Assembly: GCA_964057225.1 (NCBI GenBank)
Contig: CAXKVF010000087.1
Span: forward strand, 162,936 to 226,935
Source of the DNA: Auanema rhodensis
Taxonomy: Eukaryota > Animalia > Nematoda
Length of the DNA: 64,000 nt
Direction: 5' to 3'
The notes under the pieces: generated by a model
Told to the model about the DNA's origin: nothing
Databases searched by the model: none
What the model saw: only the letters and a program-made list of their open reading frames with translations
Program-made: the position numbers and the translations under genes
In this document: positions 29,393-44,176 of the stretch, piece by piece
How the letters are laid out: every line of letters begins with the position of its first letter
Position numbering within the stretch: the stretch's first letter is position 1

Positions 29393-32300
29393 GTAACCAT
29401 GACTTTGAAATTTACGTGAACTTTAATTAATGCTAATTAAATGTACACGTGATGTGCACTTGGTATGTAACTCGCTTCACGTGAAAGATAAAGAGATGCG
29501 GTTTTCAAAATTAGATTCCCCATGTCCATATTAGTCTAAAAACAAATTTTTATTGATATTGGTGCATGGTAACCATGACTTTGAAATTTACGTGAACTTT
29601 AATTTATGCTAGTTAAATGTACACGTGATGTGCACTTGGTATGTAACTCGCTTCACGTGAAAGATAAAGAGATGCGGTTTTCAAAATTAGATTCCCCATG
29701 TCCATATTAGTCTAAAAACAAATTTTTATTGATATTGGTTCATGGTAACCATGACTTTGAATTTTACGTGAACTTTAATTTATGCTAATTAAATGTACAC
29801 GTGATGTGCACTTGGTATGTAACTCGCTTCACGTGAAAGATAAAGAGATGCGGTTTTCAAAATTAGATTCCCCATGTCCATATTAGTCTAAAAACAAATT
29901 TTTATTGATATTGGTTCATGGTAACCATGACTTTGAATTTTACGTGAACTTTAATTTATGCTAATTAAATGTACACGTGATGTGCACTTGGTATGTAACT
30001 CGTTTCACGTGAAAGATAAAGAAATGCGATTTTCAAAATTAGATTCCCCATGTCCATATTAGTCTAAAAACAAATTTTTATTGATATTGGTTCATGGTAA
30101 CCATGACTTTGAAATTTACGTGAACTTTAATTTATGCTAATTAAATGTACACGTGATGTGCACTTGGTATGTAACTCGCTTCACGTGAAAGATAAAGAGA
30201 TGCGGTTTTCAAAATTAGATTCCCCATGTCCATATTAGTCTAAAAACAAATTTTTATTGATATTGGTTCATGGTAACCATGACTTTGAATTTTACGTGAA
30301 CTTTAATTTATGCTAATTAAATGTACACGTGATGTGCACTTGGTATGTAACTCGCTTCACGTGAAAGATAAAGAGATGCGGTTTTCAAAATTAGATTCCC
30401 CATGTCCATATTAGTCTAAAAACAAATTTTTATTGATATTGGTGCATGGTAACCATGACTTTGAAATTTACGTGAACTTTAATTTATGCTAATTAAATGT
30501 ACACGTGATGTGCACTTGGTATGTAACTCGCTTCACGTGAAAGATGAAGAGATGCGGTTTTCAAAATTAGATTTCCCATGTCCATATTAGTCTAAAAACA
30601 AATTTTTATTGATATTGGTTCATGGTAACCATGACTTTGAAATTTACGTGAACTTTAATTAATGCTAATTAAATGTACACGTGATGTGCACTTGGTATGT
30701 AACTCGCTTCACGTGAAAGATAAAGAGATGCGGTTTTCAAAATTAGATTCCCCATGTCCATATTAGTCTAAAAACAAATTTTTATTGATATTGGTGCATG
30801 GTAACCATGACTTTGAAATTTACGTGAACTTTAATTTATGCTAATTAAATGTACACGTGATGTGCACTTGGTATGTAACTCGCTTCACGTGAAAGATAAA
30901 GAGATGCGGTTTTCAAAATTAGATTCCCCATGTCCATATTAGTCTAAAAACAAATTTTTATTGATATTGGTTCATGGTAACCATGACTTTGAATTTTACG
31001 TGAACTTTAATTTATGCTAATTAAATGTACACGTGATGTGCACTTGGTATGTAACTCGCTTCACGTGAAAGATAAAGAAATGCGATTTTCAAAATTAGAT
31101 TCCCCATGTCCATATTAGTCTAAAAACAAATTTTTATTGATATTGGTTCATGGTAACCATGACTTTGAAATTTACGTGAACTTTAATTTATGCTGATTAA
31201 ATGTACACGTGATGTGCACTTGGTATGTAACTCGCTTCACGTGAAAGATAAAGAGATGCGGTTTTCAAAATTAGATTCCCCATGTCCATATTAGTCTAAA
31301 AACAAATTTTTATTGATATTGGTGCATGGTAACCATGACTTTGAAATTTACGTGAACTTTAATTTATGCTAATTAAATGTACACGTGATGTGCACTTGGT
31401 ATGTAACTCGCTTCACGTGAAAGATAAAGAGATGCGGTTTTCAAAATTAGATTCCCCATGTCCATATTAGTCTAAAAACAAATTTTTATTGATATTGGTT
31501 CATGGTAACCATGACTTTGAAATTTACGTGAACTTTAATTAATGCTAATTAAATGTACACGTGATGTGCACTTGGTATGTAACTCGCTTCACGTGAAAGA
31601 TAAAGAGATGCGGTTTTCAAAATTAGATTCCCCATGTCCATATTAGTCTAAAAACAAATTTTTATTGATATTGGTTCATGGTAACCATGACTTTGAATTT
31701 TACGTGAACTTTAATTTATGCTAATTAAATGTACACGTGATGTGCACTTGGTATGTAACTCGCTTCACGTGAAAGATAAAGAGATGCGGTTTTCAAAATT
31801 AGATTCCCCATGTCCATATTAGTCTAAAAACAAATTTTTATTGATATTGGTTCATGGTAACCATGACTTTGAATTTTACGTGAACTTTAATTTATGCTAA
31901 TTAAATGTACACGTGATGTGCACTTGGTATGTAACTCGCTTCACGTGAAAGATAAAGAAATGCGATTTTCAAAATTAGATTCCCCATGTCCATATTAGTC
32001 TAAAAACAAATTTTTATTGATATTGGTTCATGGTAACCATGACTTTGAAATTTACGTGAACTTTAATTTATGCTAATTAAATGTACACGTGATGTGCACT
32101 TGGTATGTAACTCGCTTCACGTGAAAGATAAAGAGATGCGGTTTTCAAAATTAGATTCCCCATGTCCATATTAGTCTAAAAACAAATTTTTATTGATATT
32201 GGTTCATGGTAACCATGACTTTGAATTTTACGTGAACTTTAATTTATGCTAATTAAATGTACACGTGATGTGCACTTGGTATGTAACTCGCTTCACGTGA

Positions 32301-33792
32301 AAGATAAAGAGATGCGGTTTTCAAAATTAGATTCCCCATGTCCATATTAGTCTAAAAACAAATTTTTATTGATATTGGTGCATGGTAACCATGACTTTGA
32401 AATTTACGTGAACTTTAATTTATGCTAATTAAATGTACACGTGATGTGCACTTGGTATGTAACTCGCTTCACGTGAAAGATGAAGAGATGCGGTTTTCAA
32501 AATTAGATTCCCCATGTCCATATTAGTCTAAAAACAAATTTTTATTGATATTGGTTCATGGTAACCATGACTTTGAAATTTACGTGAACTTTAATTAATG
32601 CTAATTAAATGTACACGTGATGTGCACTTGGTATGTAACTCGCTTCACGTGAAAGATAAAGAGATGCGGTTTTCAAAATTAGATTCCCCATGTCCATATT
32701 AGTCTAAAAACAAATTTTTATTGATATTGGTGCATGGTAACCATGACTTTGAAATTTACGTGAACTTTAATTTATGCTAATTAAATGTACACGTGATGTG
32801 CACTTGGTATGTAACTCGCTTCACGTGAAAGATGAAGAGATGCGGTTTTCAAAATTAGATTCCCCATGTCCATATTAGTCTAAAAACAAATTTTTATTGA
32901 TATTGGTTCATGGTAACCATGACTTTGAAATTTACGTGAACTTTAATTTATGCTAATTAAATGTACACGTGATGTGCACTTGGTATGTAACTCGCTTCAC
33001 GTGAAAGATAAAGAGATGCGGTTTTCAAAATTAGATTCCCCATGTCCATATTAGTCTAAAAACAAATTTTTATTGATATTGGTTCATGGTAACCATGACT
33101 TTGAAATTTACGTGAACTTTAATTTATGCTGATTAAATGTACACGTGATGTGCACTTGGTATGTAACTCGCTTCACGTGAAAGATAAAGAGATGCGGTTT
33201 TCAAAATTAGATTCCCCATGTCCATATTAGTCTAAAAACAAATTTTTATTGATATTGGTGCATGGTAACCATGACTTTGAAATTTACGTGAACTTTAATT
33301 TATGCTAATTAAATGTACACGTGATGTGCACTTGGTATGTAACTCGCTTCACGTGAGAGATAAAGAGATGCGGTTTTCAAAATTAGATTCCCCATGTCCA
33401 TATTAGTCTAAAAACAAATTTTTATTGATATTGGTTCATGGTAACCATGACTTTGAAATTTACGTGAACTTTAATTAATGCTAATTAAATGTACACGTGA
33501 TGTGCACTTGGTATGTAACTCGCTTCACGTGAAAGATAAAGAGATGCGGTTTTCAAAATTAGATTCCCCATGTCCATATTAGTCTAAAAACAAATTTTTA
33601 TTGATATTGGTTCATGGTAACCATGACTTTGAATTTTACGTGAACTTTAATTTATGCTAATTAAATGTACACGTGATGTGCACTTGGTATGTAACTCGCT
33701 TCACGTGAAAAATAAAGAGATGCGGTTTTCAAAATTAGATTCCCCATGTCCATATTAGTCTAAAAACAAATTTTTATTGATATTGGTTCATG
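29393..33792 (+). repeat. 11-mer (1936 bp) offset duplication, imperfect
   Basis: G109A at 30029/31965, A98G at 30546/32482, A43G at 31195/33131. Boundaries approximate. Confidence 0.75.
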
Positions 33793-34320
33793 GTAACCAT
33801 GACTTTGAAATTTACGTGAACTTTAATTAATGCTAATTAAATGTACACGTGATGTGCACTTGGTATGTAACTCGCTTCACGTGAAAGATAAAGAGATGCG
33901 GTTTTTAAAATTAGATTTCCCATGTCCATATTAGTCTAAAAACAAATTTTTATTGATATTGCTTCATGGTAACCATGACTTTGAAATTTACGTGAACTTT
34001 AATTTATGCTAATTAAATGTACACGTGATGTGCACTTGGTATGTAACTCGCTTCACGTGAAAGATAAAGAGATGCGGTTTTCAAAATTAGATTCCCCATG
34101 TCCATATTAGTCTAAAAACAAATTTTTATTGATATTGGTTCATGGTAACCATGACTTTGAATTTTACGTGAACTTTAATTTATGCTAATTAAATGTACAC
34201 GTGATGTGCACTTGGTATGTAACTCGCTTCACGTGAAAGATAAAGAGATGCGGTTTTCAAAATTAGATTCCCCATGTCCATATTAGTCTAAAAACAAATT
34301 TTTATTGATATTGGTTCATG

Positions 34321-37300
34321 GTAACCATGACTTTGAATTTTACGTGAACTTTAATTTATGCTAATTAAATGTACACGTGATGTGCACTTGGTATGTAACT
34401 CGCTTCACGTGAAAGATAAAGAGATGCGGTTTTCAAAATTAGATTCCCCATGTCCATATTAGTCTAAAAACAAATTTTTATTGATATTGCTTCATGGTAA
34501 CCATGACTTTGAAATTTACGTGAACTTTAATTTATGCTAATTAAATGTACACGTGATGTGCACTTGGTATGTAACTCGCTTCACGTGAAAGATAAAGAGA
34601 TGCGGTTTTCAAAATTAGATTCCCCATGTCCATATTAGTCTAAAAACAAATTTTTATTGATATTGGTTCATGGTAACCATGACTTTGAATTTTACGTGAA
34701 CTTTAATTTATGCTAATTAAATGTACACGTGATGTGCACTTGGTATGTAACTCGCTTCACGTGAAAGATAAAGAAATGCGGTTTTCAAAATTAGATTCCC
34801 CATGTCCATATTAGTCTAAAAACAAATTTTTATTGATATTGGTTCATGGTAACCATGACTTTGAAATTTACGTGAACTTTAATTTATGCTAATTAAATGT
34901 ACACGTGATGTGCACTTGGTATGTAACTCGCTTCACGTGAAAGATAAAGAGATGCGGTTTTCAAAATTAGATTCCCCATGTCCATATTAGTCTAAAAACA
35001 AATTTTTATTGATATTGGTGCATGGTAACCATGACTTTGAAATTTACGTGAACTTTAATTTATGCTAATTAAATGTACACGTGATGTGCACTTGGTATGT
35101 AACTCGCTTCACGTGAAAGATAAAGAAATGCGGTTTTCAAAATTAGATTCCCCATGTCCATATTAGTCTAAAAACAAATTTTTATTGATATTGGTTCATG
35201 GTAACCATGACTTTGAAATTTACGTGAACTTTAATTTATGCTAATTAAATGTACACGTGATGTGCACTTGGTATGTAACTCGCTTCACGTGAAAGATAAA
35301 GAGATGCGGTTTTCAAAATTAGATTCCCCATGTCCATATTAGTCTAAAAACAAATTTTTATTGATATTGCTTCATGGTAACCATGACTTTGAAATTTACG
35401 TGAACTTTAATTTATGCTAATTAAATGTACACGTGATGTGCACTTGGTATGTAACTCGCTTCACGTGAAAGATAAAGAGATGCGGTTTTCAAAATTAGAT
35501 TCCCCCTGTCCATATTAGTCTAAAAACAAATTTTTATTGATATTGCTTCATGGTAACCATGACTTTGAAATTTACGTGAACTTTAATTTATGCTAATTAA
35601 ATGTACACGTGATGTGCACTTGGTATGTAACTCGCTTCACGTGAAAGATAAAGAGATGCGGTTTTCAAAATTAGATTCCCCATGTCCATATTAGTCTAAA
35701 AACAAATTTTTATTGATATTGCTTCATGGTAACCATGACTTTGAATTTTACGTGAACTTTAATTTATGCTAATTAAATGTACACGTGATGTGCACTTGGT
35801 ATGTAACTCGCTTCACGTGAAAGATAAAGAGATGCGGTTTTCAAAATTAGATTCCCCATGTCCATATTAGTCTAAAAACAAATTTTTATTGATATTGCTT
35901 CATGGTAACCATGACTTTGAAATTTACGTGAACTTTAATTTATGCTAATTAAATGTACACGTGATGTGCACTTGGTATGTAACTCGCTTCACGTGAAAGA
36001 TGAAGAGATGCGGTTTTCAAAATTAGATTCCCCATGTCCATATTAGTCTAAAAACAAATTTTTATTGATATTGGTGCATGGTAACCATGACTTTGATATT
36101 TACGTGAACTTTAATTTATGCTAATTAAATGTACACGTGATGTGCACTTGGTATGTAACTCGCTTCACGTGAAAGATAAAGAGATGCGGTTTTCAAAATT
36201 AGATTCCCCATGTCCATATTAGTCTCAAAACAAATTTTTATTGATATTGGTTCATGGTAACCATGACTTTGAAATTTACGTGAACTTTAATTTATGCTAA
36301 TTAAATGTACACGTGATGTGCACTTGGTATGTAACTCGCTTCACGTGAAAGATAAAGAGATGCGGTTTTCAAAATTAGATTCCCCATGTCCATATTAGTC
36401 TAAAAACAAATTTTTATTGATATTGGTGCATGGTAACCATGACTTTGAAATTTACGTGAACTTTAATTTATGCTAATTAAATGTACACGTGATGTGCACT
36501 TGGTATGTAACTCGCTTCACGTGAAAGATAAAGAGATGCGGTTTTCAAAATTAGATTCCCCATGTCCATATTAGTCTAAAAACAAATTTTTATTGATATT
36601 GGTGCATGGTAACCATGACTTTGAAATTTACGTGAACTTTAATTTATGCTAATTAAATGTACACGTGATGTGCACTTGGTATGTAACTCGCTTCACGTGA
36701 AAGATAAAGAGATGCGGTTTTCAAAATTAGATTCCCCATGTCCATATTAGTCTAAAAACAAATTTTTATTGATATTGGTGCATGGTAACCATGACTTTGA
36801 AATTTACGTGAACTTTAATTTATGCTAATTAAATGTACACGTGATGTGCACTTGGTATGTAACTCGCTTCACGTGAAAGATAAAGAGATGCGGTTTTCAA
36901 AATTAGATTCCCCATGTCCATATTAGTCTAAAAACAAATTTTTATTGATATTGGTGCATGGTAACCATGACTTTGAAATTTACGTGAACTTTAATTTATG
37001 CTAATTAAATGTACACGTGATGTGCACTTGGTATGTAACTCGCTTCACGTGAAAGATAAAGAGATGCGGTTTTCAAAATTAGATTCCCCATGTCCATATT
37101 AGTCTAAAAACAAATTTTTATTGATATTGGTTCATGGTAACCATGACTTTGAAATTTACGTGAACTTTAATTTATGCTAATTAAATGTACACGTGATGTG
37201 CACTTGGTATGTAACTCGCTTCACGTGAAAGATAAAGAGATGCGGTTTTCAAAATTAGATTCCCCATGTCCATATTAGTCTAAAAACAAATTTTTATTGA

Positions 37301-40300
37301 TATTGGTGCATGGTAACCATGACTTTGATATTTACGTGAACTTTAATTTATGCTAATTAAATGTACACGTGATGTGCACTTGGTATGTAACTCGCTTCAC
37401 GTGAAAGATAAAGAGATGCGATTTTCAAAATTAGATTCCCCATGTCCATATTAGTCTCAAAACAAATTTTTATTGATATTGGTTCATGGTAACCATGACT
37501 TTGAAATTTACGTGAACTTTAATTTATGCTAATTAAATGTACACGTGATGTGCACTTGGTATGTAACTCGCTTCACGTGAAAGATAAAGAGATGCGGTTT
37601 TCAAAATTAGATTCCCCATGTCCATATTAGTCTAAAAACAAATTTTTATTGATATTGGTGCATGGTAACCATGACTTTGAAATTTACGTGAACTTTAATT
37701 TATGCTAATTAAATGTACACGTGATGTGCACTTGGTATGTAACTCGCTTCACGTGAAAGATAAAGAGATGCGGTTTTCAAAATTAGATTCCCCATGTCCA
37801 TATTAGTCTAAAAACAAATTTTTATTGATATTGGTGCATGGTAACCATGACTTTGAAATTTACGTGAACTTTAATTTATGCTAATTAAATGTACACGTGA
37901 TGTGCACTTGGTATGTAACTCGCTTCACGTGAAAGATAAAGAGATGCGGTTTTCAAAATTAGATTCCCCATGTCCATATTAGTCTAAAAACAAATTTTTA
38001 TTGATATTGCTTCATGGTAACCATGACTTTGAAATTTACGTGAACTTTAATTTATGCTAATTAAATGTACACGTGATGTGCACTTGGTATGTAACTCGCT
38101 TCACGTGAAAGATAAAGAGATGCGGTTTTCAAAATTAGATTCCCCATGTCCATATTAGTCTAAAAACAAATTTTTATTGATATTGGTTCATGGTAACCAT
38201 GACTTTGAATTTTACGTGAACTTTAATTTATGCTAATTAAATGTACACGTGATGTGCACTTGGTATGTAACTCGCTTCACGTGAAAGATAAAGAAATGCG
38301 GTTTTCAAAATTAGATTCCCCATGTCCATATTAGTCTAAAAACAAATTTTTATTGATATTGGTTCATGGTAACCATGACTTTGAAATTTACGTGAACTTT
38401 AATTTATGCTAATTAAATGTACACGTGATGTGCACTTGGTATGTAACTCGCTTCACGTGAAAGATAAAGAGATGCGGTTTTCAAAATTAGATTCCCCATG
38501 TCCATATTAGTCTAAAAACAAATTTTTATTGATATTGGTGCATGGTAACCATGACTTTGAAATTTACGTGAACTTTAATTTATGCTAATTAAATGTACAC
38601 GTGATGTGCACTTGGTATGTAACTCGCTTCACGTGAAAGATAAAGAAATGCGGTTTTCAAAATTAGATTCCCCATGTCCATATTAGTCTAAAAACAAATT
38701 TTTATTGATATTGGTTCATGGTAACCATGACTTTGAAATTTACGTGAACTTTAATTTATGCTAATTAAATGTACACGTGATGTGCACTTGGTATGTAACT
38801 TGCTTCACGTGAAAGATAAAGAGATGCGGTTTTCAAAATTAGATTCCCCATGTCCATATTAGTCTAAAAACAAATTTTTATTGATATTGCTTCATGGTAA
38901 CCATGACTTTGAAATTTACGTGAACTTTAATTTATGCTAATTAAATGTACACGTGATGTGCACTTGGTATGTAACTCGCTTCACGTGAAAGATAAAGAGA
39001 TGCGGTTTTCAAAATTAGATTCCCCCTGTCCATATTAGTCTAAAAACAAATTTTTATTGATATTGCTTCATGGTAACCATGACTTTGAAATTTACGTGAA
39101 CTTTAATTTATGCTAATTAAATGTACACGTGATGTGCACTTGGTATGTAACTCGCTTCACGTGAAAGATAAAGAGATGCGGTTTTCAAAATTAGATTCCC
39201 CATGTCCATATTAGTCTAAAAACAAATTTTTATTGATATTGCTTCATGGTAACCATGACTTTGAAATTTACGTGAACTTTAATTTATGCTAATTAAATGT
39301 ACACGTGATGTGCACTTGGTATGTAACTCGCTTCACGTGAAAGATAAAGAGATGCGGTTTTCAAAATTAGATTCCCCATGTCCATATTAGTCTAAAAACA
39401 AATTTTTATTGATATTGGTGCATGGTAACCATGACTTTGATATTTACGTGAACTTTAATTTATGCTAATTAAATGTACACGTGATGTGCACTTGGTATGT
39501 AACTCGCTTCACGTGAAAGATAAAGAGATGCGGTTTTCAAAATTAGATTCCCCATGTCCATATTAGTCTAAAAACAAATTTTTATTGATATTGCTTCATG
39601 GTAACCATGACTTTGAAATTTACGTGAACTTTAATTTATGCTAATTAAATGTACACGTGATGTGCACTTGGTATGTAACTCGCTTCACGTGAAAGATAAA
39701 GAGATGCGGTTTTCAAAATTAGATTCCCCATGTCCATATTAGTCTAAAAACAAATTTTTATTGATATTGGTTCATGGTAACCATGACTTTGAATTTTACG
39801 TGAACTTTAATTTATGCTAATTAAATGTACACGTGATGTGCACTTGGTATGTAACTCGCTTCACGTGAAAGATAAAGAAATGCGGTTTTCAAAATTAGAT
39901 TCCCCATGTCCATATTAGTCTAAAAACAAATTTTTATTGATATTGGTTCATGGTAACCATGACTTTGAAATTTACGTGAACTTTAATTTATGCTAATTAA
40001 ATGTACACGTGATGTGCACTTGGTATGTAACTCGCTTCACGTGAAAGATAAAGAGATGCGGTTTTCAAAATTAGATTCCCCATGTCCATATTAGTCTAAA
40101 AACAAATTTTTATTGATATTGGTGCATGGTAACCATGACTTTGAAATTTACGTGAACTTTAATTTATGCTAATTAAATGTACACGTGATGTGCACTTGGT
40201 ATGTAACTCGCTTCACGTGAAAGATAAAGAAATGCGGTTTTCAAAATTAGATTCCCCATGTCCATATTAGTCTAAAAACAAATTTTTATTGATATTGGTT

Positions 40301-43300
40301 CATGGTAACCATGACTTTGAAATTTACGTGAACTTTAATTTATGCTAATTAAATGTACACGTGATGTGCACTTGGTATGTAACTTGCTTCACGTGAAAGA
40401 TAAAGCGATGCGGTTTTCAAAATTAGATTCCCCATGTCCATATTAGTCTAAAAACAAATTTTTATTGATATTGCTTCATGGTAACCATGACTTTGAAATT
40501 TACGTGAACTTTAATTTATGCTAATTAAATGTACACGTGATGTGCACTTGGTATGTAACTCGCTTCACGTGAAAGATAAAGAGATGCGGTTTTCAAAATT
40601 AGATTCCCCCTGTCCATATTAGTCTAAAAAAAAATTTTTATTGATATTGCTTCATGGTAACCATGACTTTGAAATTTACGTGAACTTTAATTTATGCTAA
40701 TTAAATGTACACGTGATGTGCACTTGGTATGTAACTCGCTTCACGTGAAAGATAAAGAGATGCGGTTTTCAAAATTAGATTCCCCATGTCCATATTAGTC
40801 TAAAAACAAATTTTTATTGATATTGCTTCATGGTAACCATGACTTTGAAATTTACGTGAACTTTAATTTATGCTAATTAAATGTACACGTGATGTGCACT
40901 TGGTATGTAACTCGCTTCACGTGAAAGATAAAGAGATGCGGTTTTCAAAATTAGATTCCCCATGTCCATATTAGTCTAAAAACAAATTTTTATTGATATT
41001 GCTTCATGGTAACCATGACTTTGAAATTTACGTGAACTTTAATTTATGCTAATTAAATGTACACGTGATGTGCACTTGGTATGTAACTCGCTTCACGTGA
41101 AAGATAAAGAGATGCGGTTTTCAAAATTAGATTCCCCCTGTCCATATTAGTCTAAAAACAAATTTTTATTGATATTGCTTCATGGTAACCATGACTTTGA
41201 AATTTACGTGAACTTTAATTAATGCTAATTAAATGTACACGTGATGTGCACTTGGTATGTAACTCGCTTCACGTGAAAGATAAAGAGATGCGGTTTTCAA
41301 AATTAGATTCCCCATGTCCATATTAGTCTAAAAACAAATTTTTATTGATATTGGTGCATGGTAACCATGACTTTGAAATTTACGTGAACTTTAATTTATG
41401 CTAATTAAATGTACACGTGATGTGCACTTGGTATGTAACTCGCTTCACGTGAAAGATAAAGAGATGCGGTTTTCAAAATTAGATTCCCCATGTCCATATT
41501 AGTCTAAAAACAAATTTTTATTGATATTGCTTCATGGTAACCATGACTTTGAAATTTACGTGAACTTTAATTTATGCTAATTAAATGTACACGTGATGTG
41601 CACTTGGTATGTAACTCGCTTCACGTGAAAGATAAAGAGATGCGGTTTTCAAAATTAGATTCCCCATGTCCATATTAGTCTAAAAACAAATTTTTATTGA
41701 TATTGGTTCATGGTAACCATGACTTTGAATTTTACGTGAACTTTAATTTATGCTAATTAAATGTACACGTGATGTGCACTTGGTATGTAACTCGCTTCAC
41801 GTGAAAGATAAAGAAATGCGGTTTTCAAAATTAGATTCCCCATGTCCATATTAGTCTAAAAACAAATTTTTATTGATATTGGTTCATGGTAACCATGACT
41901 TTGAAATTTACGTGAACTTTAATTTATGCTAATTAAATGTACACGTGATGTGCACTTGGTATGTAACTCGCTTCACGTGAAAGATAAAGAGATGCGGTTT
42001 TCAAAATTAGATTCCCCATGTCCATATTAGTCTAAAAACAAATTTTTATTGATATTGGTGCATGGTAACCATGACTTTGAAATTTACGTGAACTTTAATT
42101 TATGCTAATTAAATGTACACGTGATGTGCACTTGGTATGTAACTCGCTTCACGTGAAAGATAAAGAAATGCGGTTTTCAAAATTAGATTCCCCATGTCCA
42201 TATTAGTCTAAAAACAAATTTTTATTGATATTGGTTCATGGTAACCATGACTTTGAAATTTACGTGAACTTTAATTTATGCTAATTAAATGTACACGTGA
42301 TGTGCACTTGGTATGTAACTTGCTTCACGTGAAAGATAAAGAGATGCGGTTTTCAAAATTAGATTCCCCATGTCCATATTAGTCTAAAAACAAATTTTTA
42401 TTGATATTGCTTCATGGTAACCATGACTTTGAAATTTACGTGAACTTTAATTTATGCTAATTAAATGTACACGTGATGTGCACTTGGTATGTAACTCGCT
42501 TCACGTGAAAGATAAAGAGATGCGGTTTTCAAAATTAGATTCCCCCTGTCCATATTAGTCTAAAAACAAATTTTTATTGATATTGCTTCATGGTAACCAT
42601 GACTTTGAAATTTACGTGAACTTTAATTTATGCTAATTAAATGTACACGTGATGTGCACTTGGTATGTAACTCGCTTCACGTGAAAGATAAAGAGATGCG
42701 GTTTTCAAAATTAGATTCCCCCTGTCCATATTAGTCTAAAAACAAATTTTTATTGATATTGCTTCATGGTAACCATGACTTTGAAATTTACGTGAACTTT
42801 AATTTATGCTAATTAAATGTACACGTGATGTGCACTTGGTATGTAACTTGCTTCACGTGAAAGATAAAGAGATGCGGTTTTCAAAATTAGATTCCCCATG
42901 TCCATATTAGTCTAAAAACAAATTTTTATTGATATTGCTTCATGGTAACCATGACTTTGAAATTTACGTGAACTTTAATTTATGCTAATTAAATGTACAC
43001 GTGATGTGCACTTGGTATGTAACTCGCTTCACGTGAAAGATAAAGAGATGCGGTTTTCAAAATTAGATTCCCCCTGTCCATATTAGTCTAAAAACAAATT
43101 TTTATTGATATTGCTTCATGGTAACCATGACTTTGAAATTTACGTGAACTTTAATTTATGCTAATTAAATGTACACGTGATGTGCACTTGGTATGTAACT
43201 CGCTTCACGTGAAAGATAAAGAGATGCGGTTTTCAAAATTAGATTCCCCATGTCCATATTAGTCTAAAAACAAATTTTTATTGATATTGGTGCATGGTAA

Positions 43301-44176
43301 CCATGACTTTGAAATTTACGTGAACTTTAATTTATGCTAATTAAATGTACACGTGATGTGCACTTGGTATGTAACTCGCTTCACGTGAAAGATAAAGAGA
43401 TGCGGTTTTCAAAATTAGATTCCCCATGTCCATATTAGTCTAAAAACAAATTTTTATTGATATTGCTTCATGGTAACCATGACTTTGAAATTTACGTGAA
43501 CTTTAATTTATGCTAATTAAATGTACACGTGATGTGCACTTGGTATGTAACTCGCTTCACGTGAAAGATAAAGAGATGCGGTTTTCAAAATTAGATTCCC
43601 CATGTCCATATTAGTCTAAAAACAAATTTTTATTGATATTGGTTCATGGTAACCATGACTTTGAATTTTACGTGAACTTTAATTTATGCTAATTAAATGT
43701 ACACGTGATGTGCACTTGGTATGTAACTCGCTTCACGTGAAAGATAAAGAAATGCGGTTTTCAAAATTAGATTCCCCATGTCCATATTAGTCTAAAAACA
43801 AATTTTTATTGATATTGGTTCATGGTAACCATGACTTTGAAATTTACGTGAACTTTAATTTATGCTAATTAAATGTACACGTGATGTGCACTTGGTATGT
43901 AACTCGCTTCACGTGAAAGATAAAGAGATGCGGTTTTCAAAATTAGATTCCCCATGTCCATATTAGTCTAAAAACAAATTTTTATTGATATTGGTTCATG
44001 GTAACCATGACTTTGAATTTTACGTGAACTTTAATTTATGCTAATTAAATGTACACGTGATGTGCACTTGGTATGTAACTCGCTTCACGTGAAAGATAAA
44101 GAAATGCGGTTTTCAAAATTAGATTCCCCATGTCCATATTAGTCTAAAAACAAATTTTTATTGATATTGGTTCATG
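34321..44176 (+). repeat. Recurrent cassette of about 8 monomers at variable spacing
   Basis: A18T+G103A monomer at 34690, 38210, 39794, 41730, 43666 and 44018 (offsets of 20, 9, 11, 11 and 2 monomers). C81T at 38801, 40385, 42321 and 42849. Confidence 0.8.
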
